Positions 18,724-27,862 of a DNA stretch of 64,000 nucleotides are shown piece after piece. The notes under the pieces were generated by a model that saw only the letters and a list, made by a program, of their open reading frames with translations, was not told the origin of the DNA and searched no databases. A program made the translations under genes and the position numbers. The first letter of the stretch is position 1. Every line of letters begins with the position of its first letter. The stretch lies in the IMG/VR virus record IMGVR_UViG_3300025009_000056; one strand, given 5' to 3'. This stretch comes from a virus (lineage: Duplodnaviria > Heunggongvirae > Uroviricota > Caudoviricetes).

Positions 18724-19599
18724 CTATAATCTCAACCTCTTTTTTTCATGATACTCCAGACTAACATCTCGCATTGATTTAAACCTGTGATTAACACAAT
18801 CCTCTATCAATTTTTTTGACACGTTCCAGTATTGAGAATTATCATATTTATGCGCTTGGCTTCTCTGTCTTACGCTATCTATAATTCCCCAAATATCATA
18901 CTCCATTACAATTTCGGCGAATCCAAAATACGACTGATTGACAATATTTGAATTTTTCTCTTTCATTAAAAGGATAGCCTTATTAATTTCGTCATCAAAA
19001 GACCTATCAGCATGTTTTTCACAGGCGGATATATCAAAACCGTTTTCGAAATAAAATCCAAGACGGCTATTGTCGTAAATTGATTTTTCTATATCAATTT
19101 CGGTAAATCCTAATCGAAATTGAGACCAATTGCTAAAAAGGCCAAAAAGCCCCATTTCTCCATTCTTATTCCTGCTTGCATCACAAACGAGAAAGAGTAA
19201 ATCACACAACTCCCTCATTGAACGAAAAACCTCCGACCTTGTTTTACTTCGTGTAAATTCAAGTTTTGAAAAAACAGGCAATACACGCAAAATAAACGAC
19301 ATGAAAACACGCTCTTTCTGATTGAGTGGTGGAAAATATTGACTATCTGAAACTCCGCGAATAGTGAGTAAGTAGCCATCATTACAAATTGTTTCCGGAC
19401 TAATAAAAACCTCTGTATTTTCCAGCTTCAGTTTCGGCTCACCATCAACGGAAAACACCTCAAAATCTCCAACGTTTCTCCAAACCAAAGCCTTTACGTG
19501 TTTTGTTTTTATGCAGTAAACAGAAACATCATCTCCGACCTTAATTTCGTTTCCGAGATAATCAAAAATATTTTTCATTGGGACTCTGGTAAAAATCAT
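18724..19599 (-). CDS. hypothetical protein
   Basis: long ORF; no recognised motif. Confidence 0.7.
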   Translation of the reverse strand: MIFTRVPMKNIFDYLGNEIKVGDDVSVYCIKTKHVKALVWRNVGDFEVFSVDGEPKLKLENTEVFISPETICNDGYLLTIRGVSDSQYFPPLNQKERVFMSFILRVLPVFSKLEFTRSKTRSEVFRSMRELCDLLFLVCDASRNKNGEMGLFGLFSNWSQFRLGFTEIDIEKSIYDNSRLGFYFENGFDISACEKHADRSFDDEINKAILLMKEKNSNIVNQSYFGFAEIVMEYDIWGIIDSVRQRSQAHKYDNSQYWNVSKKLIEDCVNHRFKSMRDVSLEYHEKKRLRL

Positions 19600-19614
19600 T
19601 TTTCATGTTGTTTT

Positions 19615-19986
19615 TTAAAGAAACATTAAAGCTAAATAATTACAAACGAGATGAATCGTGTTGTCAAAAAAGATATTCAACCATATAGATATAGCGAATG
19701 GTCGCTGATGTCCGACACCAAAATTTTCTATATCCCTGATTCCGTTTCTATACGCCAGAACCCAAGATAAAACTTTTGTCCGGTCGAAAATGTAGTGGGT
19801 GATATATATTGCCAACACAGCCCACCAAGAACCGATAATAAGGAATGGGAGCGCGTAGGTTACACAATGTAACTGACAGGCTAATTCACCAGCCCAGCTG
19901 ACTTTCTTTTTATTCAGCGCCATCCAGTCATTCTGAATAACGAAATCACCGATAAGATGTAATAATAGTTGTATCATATTTACCAC
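19615..19986 (-). CDS. DUF3307-like membrane protein
   Basis: HLIGDFVIQ...HCVTY...THYIFD...DNTIH. Confidence 0.75.
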   Translation of the reverse strand: MVNMIQLLLHLIGDFVIQNDWMALNKKKVSWAGELACQLHCVTYALPFLIIGSWWAVLAIYITHYIFDRTKVLSWVLAYRNGIRDIENFGVGHQRPFAISIWLNIFFDNTIHLVCNYLALMFL

Positions 19987-20312
19987 ATGCTTTCTGAATA
20001 TAAATCCGCTTGCTCAAAACGGTACACACTGGAGTCCGGTAGAATCTGGTCTGCCGCTTTCGCTATCCGGAACGCCTCAGCTCTATCAACAAAATTATTC
20101 GTGTTTGTTACGAAGCCCTGAATCTCGTTATAACCCTGAAGTTTTTTATCCTTATTCAGAATGTAAGCAGTCATAAAGCAGTTATGATGTCTGTGTCCAC
20201 AAATAACAAAACCTGTCTTGATATTGAACGGCTGATGCTCGTAAAAAACACCATCATCATACCATATGGCGGCGCATAAAATATATTCCTCATTATTGTT
20301 TTTCCGGCTCAT
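19980..20312 (-). CDS. hypothetical phage protein
   Basis: ILCAAIW...GHRHHNC...QGFVT...VDRAEA; start moved to MSRK. Confidence 0.7.
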   Translation of the reverse strand: MSRKNNNEEYILCAAIWYDDGVFYEHQPFNIKTGFVICGHRHHNCFMTAYILNKDKKLQGYNEIQGFVTNTNNFVDRAEAFRIAKAADQILPDSSVYRFEQADLYSESMW

Positions 20313-20541
20313 CTTTTTTATTTTTGAAATACAATCGAACATCTTTGTCAGACAGCGGAGTGTCACGCAGTTCCCATGTGATAAATGTTGACATTGCCGT
20401 GTGTTTTACTATTGGCTTATAATGCTTAAGTTTTGCTTTGAGCACATCTCTTTCCGCAATATTCCGAACAATAATAAATATGAAAATGGGAAATAAAATT
20501 ATCCGAAAAAACCACAGAATAATGAATCGTATTATTTTCAT
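20293..20541 (-). CDS. membrane protein
   Basis: hydrophobic N-terminus. Confidence 0.6.
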   Translation of the reverse strand: MKIIRFIILWFFRIILFPIFIFIIVRNIAERDVLKAKLKHYKPIVKHTAMSTFITWELRDTPLSDKDVRLYFKNKKDEPEKQ

Positions 20542-20969
20542 CGGTTCTGCTTTTTGAAATAAGAGTTTATGCGGCTGTATGTCTTTTCGGTCAGGTTGTC
20601 GTCAATCCAAACCCATTCTCCGTTTTTCAGGGTGCAATAATAACTATATCCCTCCGGCCTTATATAATCCAACTGCGGACTATAACAAGAATGAATAAGC
20701 GCATAGTCACTCCAGATATAACACCGAATATCCTTAATATCGCCATCGGAATAAAACGATGTATCCACCTCGCTAAAAGTTGACGAATCCAATGACACAT
20801 TGACAAGGTAATTCAATCCGTAATCAATCTTGTTTACGTCAAAAGACCATGTTATTCCATTTTCGTTTTCATCCTTAAAAGCGTTTAATAAAAGAGCAGT
20901 ATAACACAAAATAAGAAGCCATCCTACAATAATCGAAACTAAACCCTTGTTTACATTTTTAATTTTCAT
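20538..20969 (-). CDS. membrane-anchored protein
   Basis: N-terminal TM. Confidence 0.65.
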   Translation of the reverse strand: MKIKNVNKGLVSIIVGWLLILCYTALLLNAFKDENENGITWSFDVNKIDYGLNYLVNVSLDSSTFSEVDTSFYSDGDIKDIRCYIWSDYALIHSCYSPQLDYIRPEGYSYYCTLKNGEWVWIDDNLTEKTYSRINSYFKKQNR

Positions 20970-21348
20970 AGCTCAAGCTTAGGCAGTGTTTTTTTATTAC
21001 ATCAAAAGTTTCATCGGTAATATTTGTCTTAATGATAGAGTCACCCCTTATATCAGTGAAACTAAAATTCCAAATTTCTCTGCGTTCGAAAGGAATAGCA
21101 GTTTTAAAAGATGCAATTATTTTTACATCTGGGCATAGAATATGATAGTCGCATTCACCCCTAAATAATTCCCACGTTATTTTTTCAGTACTCACCACAT
21201 CTTGTAACTGAGAAAGAATATAATCATTCTCGGCCTGCGCTCCCTCAGCCCTCTTACGCCTTTTTCTTATTTTTCGCGCAATAGGTTCTACTAAAAAAAA
21301 TAACACACAAAATATTACTACCCAAACAATAAATTGAATTTCACTCAT
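20959..21348 (-). CDS. membrane-anchored protein
   Basis: N-terminal TM then basic cluster. Confidence 0.65.
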   Translation of the reverse strand: MSEIQFIVWVVIFCVLFFLVEPIARKIRKRRKRAEGAQAENDYILSQLQDVVSTEKITWELFRGECDYHILCPDVKIIASFKTAIPFERREIWNFSFTDIRGDSIIKTNITDETFDVIKKHCLSLSYEN

Positions 21349-21593
21349 AGTTTTACGGTTTTAATAATGTCGGTTTGTTTAACATTGTAGCGGATTGTCC
21401 CGAGTGAGCGAACACCATCGGAAATATTGTAATGCGGCACATATTTGCCCGACAGCGCATCCCGAACATAATCCGAATTTACACACACGATTTTCCCACA
21501 AAAATAACGTTTCTCTCGACTCCGGAAAACAGGTGTTTCCTGCGTGAAAATAACGAAATCGCCATCTTCGTAAAGCTGCTTTACCTCGTGCAT
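21345..21593 (-). CDS. hypothetical protein
   Basis: ORF in run. Confidence 0.6.
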   Translation of the reverse strand: MHEVKQLYEDGDFVIFTQETPVFRSREKRYFCGKIVCVNSDYVRDALSGKYVPHYNISDGVRSLGTIRYNVKQTDIIKTVKL

Positions 21594-21612
21594 TATTTTT
21601 AGTTTTTGGTTG

Positions 21613-21686
21613 CGGGGATGGATGGACTCGAACCACCGACCCGTTGATTAACAGTCAACTGCTCTAACCGACTGAGCTACATCCCC
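21613..21686 (-). tRNA. tRNA-Asn(GTT)
   Basis: cloverleaf GGGGATG/CATCCCC, anticodon loop CTGTTAA, TTCGAGT T-loop; CCA not encoded. Confidence 0.95.
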
Positions 21687-21693
21687 ATTTTCG

Positions 21694-21767
21694 TGATTCC
21701 GGCTGGATTCAAACCAGCGACCCGCAGCTTAGAAGGCTGCTGCTCTATTCAACTGAGCTACGAAACC
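21694..21767 (-). tRNA. tRNA-Arg(TCT)
   Basis: GGTTTCG/CGGAATC acceptor, loop CTTCTAA, T-loop TTTGAAT (variant); promoter box 21798-21805 upstream. Confidence 0.92.
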
Positions 21768-21852
21768 ATTAAGAAATAAAAAGAACGATTTGAAACGCAA
21801 AGATACGAATATATCCGATACAAAAGCAAGAAAAATATTATTTTAATCTTTT

Positions 21853-22098
21853 TTAACCATTTTGCGCGGTCAACCAAGCCTCGAAATCTCTGTGGTATTT
21901 TTCAGAAACAAGCTCGTATGGAGCCATACCTATTTCTTTTTTATACTCCCTATGTTTACTCATTACCCATTGTGTGTAGGCAAAGTGACTTCGCCACTCC
22001 TCATCACACACAGTTATTTCATCTGGATTCTGCTTCATGAATGCAATGTAGTAAGGATTCAGCTCTGATTCAACTATGGTATAATCATGTTTTCTCAT
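21853..22098 (-). CDS. hypothetical protein
   Basis: ORF in run. Confidence 0.65.
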   Translation of the reverse strand: MRKHDYTIVESELNPYYIAFMKQNPDEITVCDEEWRSHFAYTQWVMSKHREYKKEIGMAPYELVSEKYHRDFEAWLTAQNG

Positions 22099-22099
22099 T

Positions 22100-22969
22100 T
22101 TAGTATATTTTTTTCTTATAAAAGCAACACCTGTTTTTACACTCCACCTGAAGTCCGGATTTCAACACGGCATCAAGCCGTATAAACGCTCTATTTTCGC
22201 AAAGCGGATAATCCGAAACAATATTACTGTGACAATTAGGAGATACAGAATAACTGCCATCAGCAAGCATAAAAAAATATTTCTTATTCATAATGTACTG
22301 CGCAATCAAACATCGTTTCTTGCAATCACCAAACACGTTTAAATCAGTGTCACCGTTGTAAAATTCACTTAGCTCATCAACCGTTTTCAGGTTAGGAAAA
22401 GACACAGGTGGTTTAACGTATTCCACGCAAGAATATAGCTTTTCAACATCAACAGCGCCTTTCTCAAATCGCTTATAGATAAAAATAAAAGAGGCTCTAT
22501 ATTTATCACGAAAGAAATCATATGTTTTTACAATATCATCCACATTCTCCGGCGCAACATGATAATGAACCCTTATACTCGTCGGGTCTTTCCGGCCAAC
22601 GAGGTCTAACCCGTAAACCATTTGCTCAAACGAGTTTTCTACTCCGGATAACTTATTATGTGTTTCACCATACCCATACAAATGAACCGCTATCTGTGTC
22701 GGGTATTCGCGCAATGCATCCACATGCTTATATATGTCATATCCGTTTGTTTCAACATGCAGTATCCGGTCTTTCGATGCTATTTTTAGAAATTCATCAA
22801 TATCCTTGTATTTCAAAGGCTCTCCAACGCAAAGATTAATTTTGTCAATCTTGTTTCTTTCCATAATAACACCCCACTCCCCAGCTGATAAAATATTCTC
22901 CGGCTGAATAATATCAAAGGAATCCACCAATGATATGTTTGCTGTTATTAAATTTCTATTTTCTTTCAT
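22100..22969 (-). CDS. radical-SAM/SPASM-like protein lacking CxxxCxxC
   Basis: LCVGEPL (GGEP-like), VETNG, Cys-rich C-terminus with ADGSY. Confidence 0.6.
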   Translation of the reverse strand: MKENRNLITANISLVDSFDIIQPENILSAGEWGVIMERNKIDKINLCVGEPLKYKDIDEFLKIASKDRILHVETNGYDIYKHVDALREYPTQIAVHLYGYGETHNKLSGVENSFEQMVYGLDLVGRKDPTSIRVHYHVAPENVDDIVKTYDFFRDKYRASFIFIYKRFEKGAVDVEKLYSCVEYVKPPVSFPNLKTVDELSEFYNGDTDLNVFGDCKKRCLIAQYIMNKKYFFMLADGSYSVSPNCHSNIVSDYPLCENRAFIRLDAVLKSGLQVECKNRCCFYKKKIY

Positions 22970-23174
22970 TGGGAGTCTTTTTCCATGTTTTAACGCTTTC
23001 GGTATCACTCGCAGTCGTTGTGAATCCAGTGTGACACCTTTCACACACGTAGTGATAAGCAATGCCACTCAGACTATAACTCTTCCGCTTGGGGCTGTAA
23101 TCAAAATCTTGTACCGTCAGGCATATCTTTTTACCACAGTACGGACATTCTATTTCTTTTTTAAGTTCTGCCAT
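22956..23174 (-). CDS. Zn-finger protein
   Basis: CPYCG...CERC; promoter box 23193-23200. Confidence 0.6.
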   Translation of the reverse strand: MAELKKEIECPYCGKKICLTVQDFDYSPKRKSYSLSGIAYHYVCERCHTGFTTTASDTESVKTWKKTPNERK

Positions 23175-23233
23175 AATCTTGTTTTCGAAATGCAAATATA
23201 CGAAAAAAAATCAATACCAAATCATTTTTAAAT

Positions 23234-23312
23234 AAAAAAGCCGCCGGATAATCCAGCGGCCTAAACCCAATACCGCGTTACATGTTAAAAAACAGAGGCT
23301 TTACGCGGCTTA
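23234..23312 (-). ncRNA. candidate small RNA (promoter-hairpin-terminator unit)
   Basis: TATCTTTG box 23319-23326 and TTGAC ~23344-23348; CCGCGT/ACGCGG stem; terminator 23234-23260; no plausible ORF. Confidence 0.5.
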
Positions 23313-23521
23313 ACGATGCAAAGATACGAAATAATTACAGAAAGTCAATCTTTTTTAACAAAAAGAAAATCCGGATGCAAGCAACCGGACTCCTTCTCTG
23401 TTGTCAGCGAGTGTGGTAGTCAGACTAACCAAATCAAGCCGAGCTGTATATAAATCACCCCTAAAGGGCGCAGATAACAAGCCGCAATTATATCAATAAC
23501 CACGCCGCTCGTTTATTATTT

Positions 23522-23755
23522 TCAATCAAGAATAACCATCACCGATTTTTTATTTATCTTAGACGCTCTCTTTCTTACATCAAATTTAGAAAGAAACTCT
23601 TTTGCATCACTCGTATCTGAAGTGGATACAAAATTGAATTCAAAAACATTTTCACCAGCGCCATTTTTCAAAAGGGAACTAATGTAACCGTCTTTTCTTT
23701 TGAATTTCTCAAAAAACAGTTTATATATTGCTATCGGCGATTTCTTTTTTGCCAT
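23522..23755 (-). CDS. small basic protein
   Basis: ORF. Confidence 0.65.
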   Translation of the reverse strand: MAKKKSPIAIYKLFFEKFKRKDGYISSLLKNGAGENVFEFNFVSTSDTSDAKEFLSKFDVRKRASKINKKSVMVILD

Positions 23756-23764
23756 GATGTATAT

Positions 23765-23971
23765 TTATTTTTTAGAAACAAGAAGAAAATAGCTCTTTCG
23801 GATAGTTCCATTAGACAGCTTTTCACCACCAGTCCAAAACATTCTCACATAATGAGTTTTAGATAATGATTTTTTCTCTTTTTCCGCCTCTGCTTTTGTG
23901 GAGAAAATACCACCCCTTTTATATACTTTACCGTCAATTGTTTTTTCCGTTGGGTAATGAGATAATTTCAT
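23765..23971 (-). CDS. small basic protein, paralog of 483..692
   Basis: shared I.GK.Y...STK.EA.K pattern. Confidence 0.7.
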   Translation of the reverse strand: MKLSHYPTEKTIDGKVYKRGGIFSTKAEAEKEKKSLSKTHYVRMFWTGGEKLSNGTIRKSYFLLVSKK

Positions 23972-23992
23972 GTCTTTATTTTTTTATTTTTT

Positions 23993-24355
23993 TTAATTTC
24001 TCCAATTCTTTTCATCAAACGGGTTTATGCCTTTGCGTGATAAAGCCGCTTTTGTCAACACGCTCACGTCTTTTTTGTCAACATCCAAATCCTTCAGGTC
24101 GTCATAAAAATAATGACGCTTATCGGAATTTAGGTCATCAGATGCGTATCCGGTATAATCCCAACCGTTCACAATCTTATTATCCTTTTTGCGTAACGCA
24201 AAATGCGTATATTTTTTATTGATTGATGTTGCCGGAAACACGTATTCAATTGTCTTACCATCATCAGACAAGACTTTACCGCCGCTTGCCTTAATCTTTT
24301 TCAGATGAGCATCGTGCGCAGCTTTGGCCGCATGTGTTTTCTTGTAGGTTTTCAT
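23993..24355 (-). CDS. two-domain basic protein; N-terminal module shared with 45071..45262
   Basis: HLKKIKASGGKV...IEYVFP vs HIKKIKARGGEI...IQYDFP. Confidence 0.75.
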   Translation of the reverse strand: MKTYKKTHAAKAAHDAHLKKIKASGGKVLSDDGKTIEYVFPATSINKKYTHFALRKKDNKIVNGWDYTGYASDDLNSDKRHYFYDDLKDLDVDKKDVSVLTKAALSRKGINPFDEKNWRN

Positions 24356-24510
24356 TAGATGTAACGATTTAACTCTTTTTCCAACCTTGACTTACTCAGT
24401 CTTTTGTCTCCGTCGAGTACCATTTTCAGCGCTTTCATGTAGGAATAATCCTCATCCATGAGTCTTAACACTTTGTGTGCAGCCTTACTTTTCTTTGGTG
24501 TTGTTTTCAT
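24355..24510 (-). CDS. small basic protein
   Basis: manually translated 51 aa MKTTPKKSKAAHKVLRLMDED... Confidence 0.6.
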   Translation of the reverse strand: MKTTPKKSKAAHKVLRLMDEDYSYMKALKMVLDGDKRLSKSRLEKELNRYI

Positions 24511-24699
24511 TTATACAGTCTGTTTTTCAACCAACGTAACCTTGTTTAATTTATATTCCTGTTTCAGAATTTTTATCTCCAGATAATTCCGGTAAATAAT
24601 AGCACCACCTACCAAAACAATAGCGATTGGAACTATCCATGCAAGCGATTTTAAACCAACACTCGCCAATGTACCTTTTATTTCTTTTCCGTTAACCAT
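24511..24699 (-). CDS. small membrane protein
   Basis: one TM; promoter box 24720-24727. Confidence 0.65.
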   Translation of the reverse strand: MVNGKEIKGTLASVGLKSLAWIVPIAIVLVGGAIIYRNYLEIKILKQEYKLNKVTLVEKQTV

Positions 24700-24812
24700 T
24701 TTAAATATCTATTATTACGCAAAGATAATCAATTTTTAAACACAAGTCAATACTTTACAAAAATTAATTTTGCAATTATATCCAACAGTCCGTATTTCTC
24801 GGGATTATCCAT

Positions 24813-25370
24813 TTAACGCAACAGGTTTACATTGGCTTTCAGCCACCGCCTTGCATAAAACTTCCACACAAGCCAGAAAATAAATCCTATTATTTCGATT
24901 ATTACAATCCACCCACAAGCCTTATAAAATTTAGGTATCACTTTCACGGTAACAAAGGTCTGCGCTTTCTGTTTCTGTTTTATCATACGCATGAATCGCG
25001 GAACAAGAACCTTGCGCTCCTTATAAACAACCTTTACTGAGTAATGACCATTCTCAAACTTTTCCTGCAACTCCAGCCATTGCCCCTTGTATTGTTCTTT
25101 TTCCCTTATTACAACCTTATTTGTACTATCGCAGTCGAAATAAGCCTCTAATAAAACACTGTCTCCAGAAATCACTAAAGTGTCGTAGCTCACCGTATCT
25201 ATAATCACCACCGTATCCGATGTTGTAACAGAGTCAATCTTCGCGTATCCACGCCGGACAGCTTTTTTGTCAAAAGCCTTATCACTAAGGATGGAGCACG
25301 AGCTGAATAATGATATTGCGATAAGCGTCAATATAATCAGCACTATTGCTATAAAACTCTTATTTTTCAT
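24813..25370 (-). CDS. lipoprotein with C-terminal TM (unimolecular-spanin-like)
   Basis: signal peptide with LFSSC lipobox; beta-rich middle; TM GWIVIIEIIGFIFWLVW; promoter box 25389-25396. Confidence 0.6.
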   Translation of the reverse strand: MKNKSFIAIVLIILTLIAISLFSSCSILSDKAFDKKAVRRGYAKIDSVTTSDTVVIIDTVSYDTLVISGDSVLLEAYFDCDSTNKVVIREKEQYKGQWLELQEKFENGHYSVKVVYKERKVLVPRFMRMIKQKQKAQTFVTVKVIPKFYKACGWIVIIEIIGFIFWLVWKFYARRWLKANVNLLR

Positions 25371-25430
25371 TCGTTTTTCTTTATCCTGCAAAGATAATAC
25401 AATTTCGTTAAAACGGGGGAGTGTGTCAAA

Positions 25431-25460
25431 ATAAAGGGGCGCGATAAATCGCACCCCCTT
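25431..25460 (-). terminator. intrinsic terminator
   Basis: GGGGGTGCGA/TCGCGCCCC stem then T-rich tail. Confidence 0.6.
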
Positions 25461-25519
25461 AAACCCAAAAACTAAAAACTAAAACTGAAAAAAGCCTGCT
25501 ACACGAGCAGTATTGTTAA

Positions 25520-25885
25520 TTATTTTAATTCTTTCAAAATCTGCTTAACATCTTGCCTTATCTCATTGATGCCATTTTTAGTCTCATCAATGTCTTTTTC
25601 TATCTCGCCAAGTTTATCATCCTGATAATCTTTGTATTCAATAAATTGCTCCTTAGTCACTGCCTCGGATTGCGTTTTCTCTATCCGCTTCACCGCCTCA
25701 AAACTATACTGAGCCTTATCACGTGTATCACGCTGTACAGCAAAACTAGACAAAACAAGTCCTGATAATATAGCAGCTATTATGCCACCTGTCCATTTCA
25801 CACCCTTAGATAGCGTGGTTGTATTACCAACGCATTCATCTGTTTTATCTGTACTTTCCTGATTTATTGACTTTTTATCCCGCAT
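25520..25885 (-). CDS. membrane-anchored coiled-coil protein (lysis-cassette associated)
   Basis: single TM then heptads. Confidence 0.6.
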   Translation of the reverse strand: MRDKKSINQESTDKTDECVGNTTTLSKGVKWTGGIIAAILSGLVLSSFAVQRDTRDKAQYSFEAVKRIEKTQSEAVTKEQFIEYKDYQDDKLGEIEKDIDETKNGINEIRQDVKQILKELK

Positions 25886-25977
25886 AATTCAATCCGTATA
25901 AAACACTAAAAATAATATAGCAAAGATAGCATATTTTATTAACAATGTCAAGACAAAATTTAATGATTATTTTGACA

Positions 25978-26403
25978 CTACTTGATTTCAGGAGTTGGGG
26001 TATCAACGACCTGTTGCTCAGGCTTTGTTTCGTCAATAGGATTAAACTTAACCTTGAATATTTTATCGAGCCAGTATGAAAGGCCAAAATATTCATTCAT
26101 AAACATAGCTATGAGAAACGAGAAAAAGACAGCACATCCGTAAACCATAACATCCGGCTTAAACCAAAAGAATCCACCGTTTACCTTGTAAAAAATACCA
26201 AAAATAATAGCGAGCGTAGCCGCTGTAATAAGAACCATCCACCTGTTTTTAATTTTCAGGTTCACGTTTTTAGCGACATTAGTATCGCCAAGAATTCGCA
26301 CTGCGGTGTACGCTGTCAGAATGGTGACGGTTACATAAACCCAGTCAACAATACCAAGAATTGTTGTCAATGCTGTTGCAAGATAATTCAAAATCTGTTC
26401 CAT
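25978..26403 (-). CDS. multi-TM holin-like protein
   Basis: 3-4 hydrophobic segments, charged C-tail, next to spanin-like gene. Confidence 0.45.
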   Translation of the reverse strand: MEQILNYLATALTTILGIVDWVYVTVTILTAYTAVRILGDTNVAKNVNLKIKNRWMVLITAATLAIIFGIFYKVNGGFFWFKPDVMVYGCAVFFSFLIAMFMNEYFGLSYWLDKIFKVKFNPIDETKPEQQVVDTPTPEIK

Positions 26404-26448
26404 GTTGTTTTCCTTTCTTTTTTGTTTTTTATTTTGTGAGAATTATTT

Positions 26449-27828
26449 TTATGGGATATAGGATAGACGAGAGCAAATATACCCAGCGGCATTTGTTGGC
26501 GAAAAAGTAGAACGAATAAAAATAAGTCCAGCAGAAGTGGTGTGAAGTGCAAGACCTCCAATAAGGATAGTTCTAAGAGAGGAGATTGTAGCACTATGTT
26601 CAAAATTGTCACACCAAAAAGTAGTTGCACTACCGCCAACTGTACCACCAACATTAGGGGTTATTTCACCGTAAGTCCCATCCAAATTGGTTTTAATATA
26701 TCCGTTAGCCCGTGCTATCAATCCTCTGTCCGAATACCCATTGTAATTTACATCATTGAATAATGCAGGGTCGTTCGTCACCCACATCCTACTGTAATCA
26801 CCATCGGCTACCGTTTTCACATCGACATTAACGCCATCTAAGTTTTTAAACACATGACCAAATGGCATTTCTATACCTCTGTATCTATTTACGGTGAATG
26901 AGCGTGGAACACCAGCACCACCAAAGTCGGTAACTGCAACGGAAACCTCGCCTGATTTAGTGGCAAGTGTGTTTGAAGCACCGCAGCTTATAAATGGATA
27001 ACGAGTATTAAAAGTATTCCATTCCGCATCAATAGCGGTAGTTACGCCGTCCCCCAATCCACCTTTCCTATACCCCTCTGTCGTAAATGTAGCATCGATA
27101 GCTTTTTGACTATTTCTTGTGGCGTATTCAACGACAAATAACCAAGTGATTGCCTTGTGTTGTTCGTATGTATTTATGTTCCATTTTGTGCCAGCGGCTC
27201 TATTTCTTGCGTAAGTACGGAAGTTGGTACGGGTTAATAATGTTGCAGGCTTTCCCAATAATGTATTTGCCGCAGCATCCCACGCAGCATTGTTATCGCC
27301 ACCTCTATAATCTGTCGTAGCGTTGACTACACTCGATAATTTTAACGTAGGTCGATATAAACTCGCCTCGTATGCCCCGATATAAAATGCGGGTACAGCA
27401 TGAAATCCAGAGATAGGGTATTGACTTATTTTGCAGCGGTAAGTATTGCCGGACGTTTCAAACTTTCGATAATGCAATGGAACATATATCATCACCTGAC
27501 CGTCTGTGCCGCTTAAATCCGATGCTGTGCCGTCAATCTTCTTTGACCAGTCGTTTTCGTTTAGCCAGTAATTAACTGTGCCATTGTCAAGTAACAAACA
27601 CGCTCTCATGCCGTTCTGAATAGGCAATGAAGCGTGGAGTTTCATATCGTCTACTGACGATGCTATACGGGTTACGTCCGGTGAGGTGGCGGTGATGTCG
27701 TATTCGATGCCGTACCAATGTTCACCGTAAGTGATTACTTTCCCGTTATATTTCAAAACCTCTTGACCAATACTTAAAAATGGCATCAGTAAAGCGAGCA
27801 ACAAAAACAATTTTTTCATCTTATTCAT
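26449..27828 (-). CDS. secreted C-type-lectin-fold (DGR-target family) spike/adhesin, copy A
   Basis: signal peptide ..SIG|Q; YIGAYEA, NRYRGIEMPFG, GG..AG..SRL C-terminus; ~90% identical to 31806..33152 except last 60 aa. Confidence 0.8.
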   Translation of the reverse strand: MNKMKKLFLLLALLMPFLSIGQEVLKYNGKVITYGEHWYGIEYDITATSPDVTRIASSVDDMKLHASLPIQNGMRACLLLDNGTVNYWLNENDWSKKIDGTASDLSGTDGQVMIYVPLHYRKFETSGNTYRCKISQYPISGFHAVPAFYIGAYEASLYRPTLKLSSVVNATTDYRGGDNNAAWDAAANTLLGKPATLLTRTNFRTYARNRAAGTKWNINTYEQHKAITWLFVVEYATRNSQKAIDATFTTEGYRKGGLGDGVTTAIDAEWNTFNTRYPFISCGASNTLATKSGEVSVAVTDFGGAGVPRSFTVNRYRGIEMPFGHVFKNLDGVNVDVKTVADGDYSRMWVTNDPALFNDVNYNGYSDRGLIARANGYIKTNLDGTYGEITPNVGGTVGGSATTFWCDNFEHSATISSLRTILIGGLALHTTSAGLIFIRSTFSPTNAAGYICSRLSYIP

Positions 27829-27862
27829 TTTTTCAATTTAAGTGCAAAGCTAATACTTTTTA

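Noticed and set aside
23355-23520. Known structured RNA (SRP, 6S, tmRNA) in the gap after 23522..23755
   Set aside because: Only weak pairing and a terminator-like stem; no diagnostic motif recognised.
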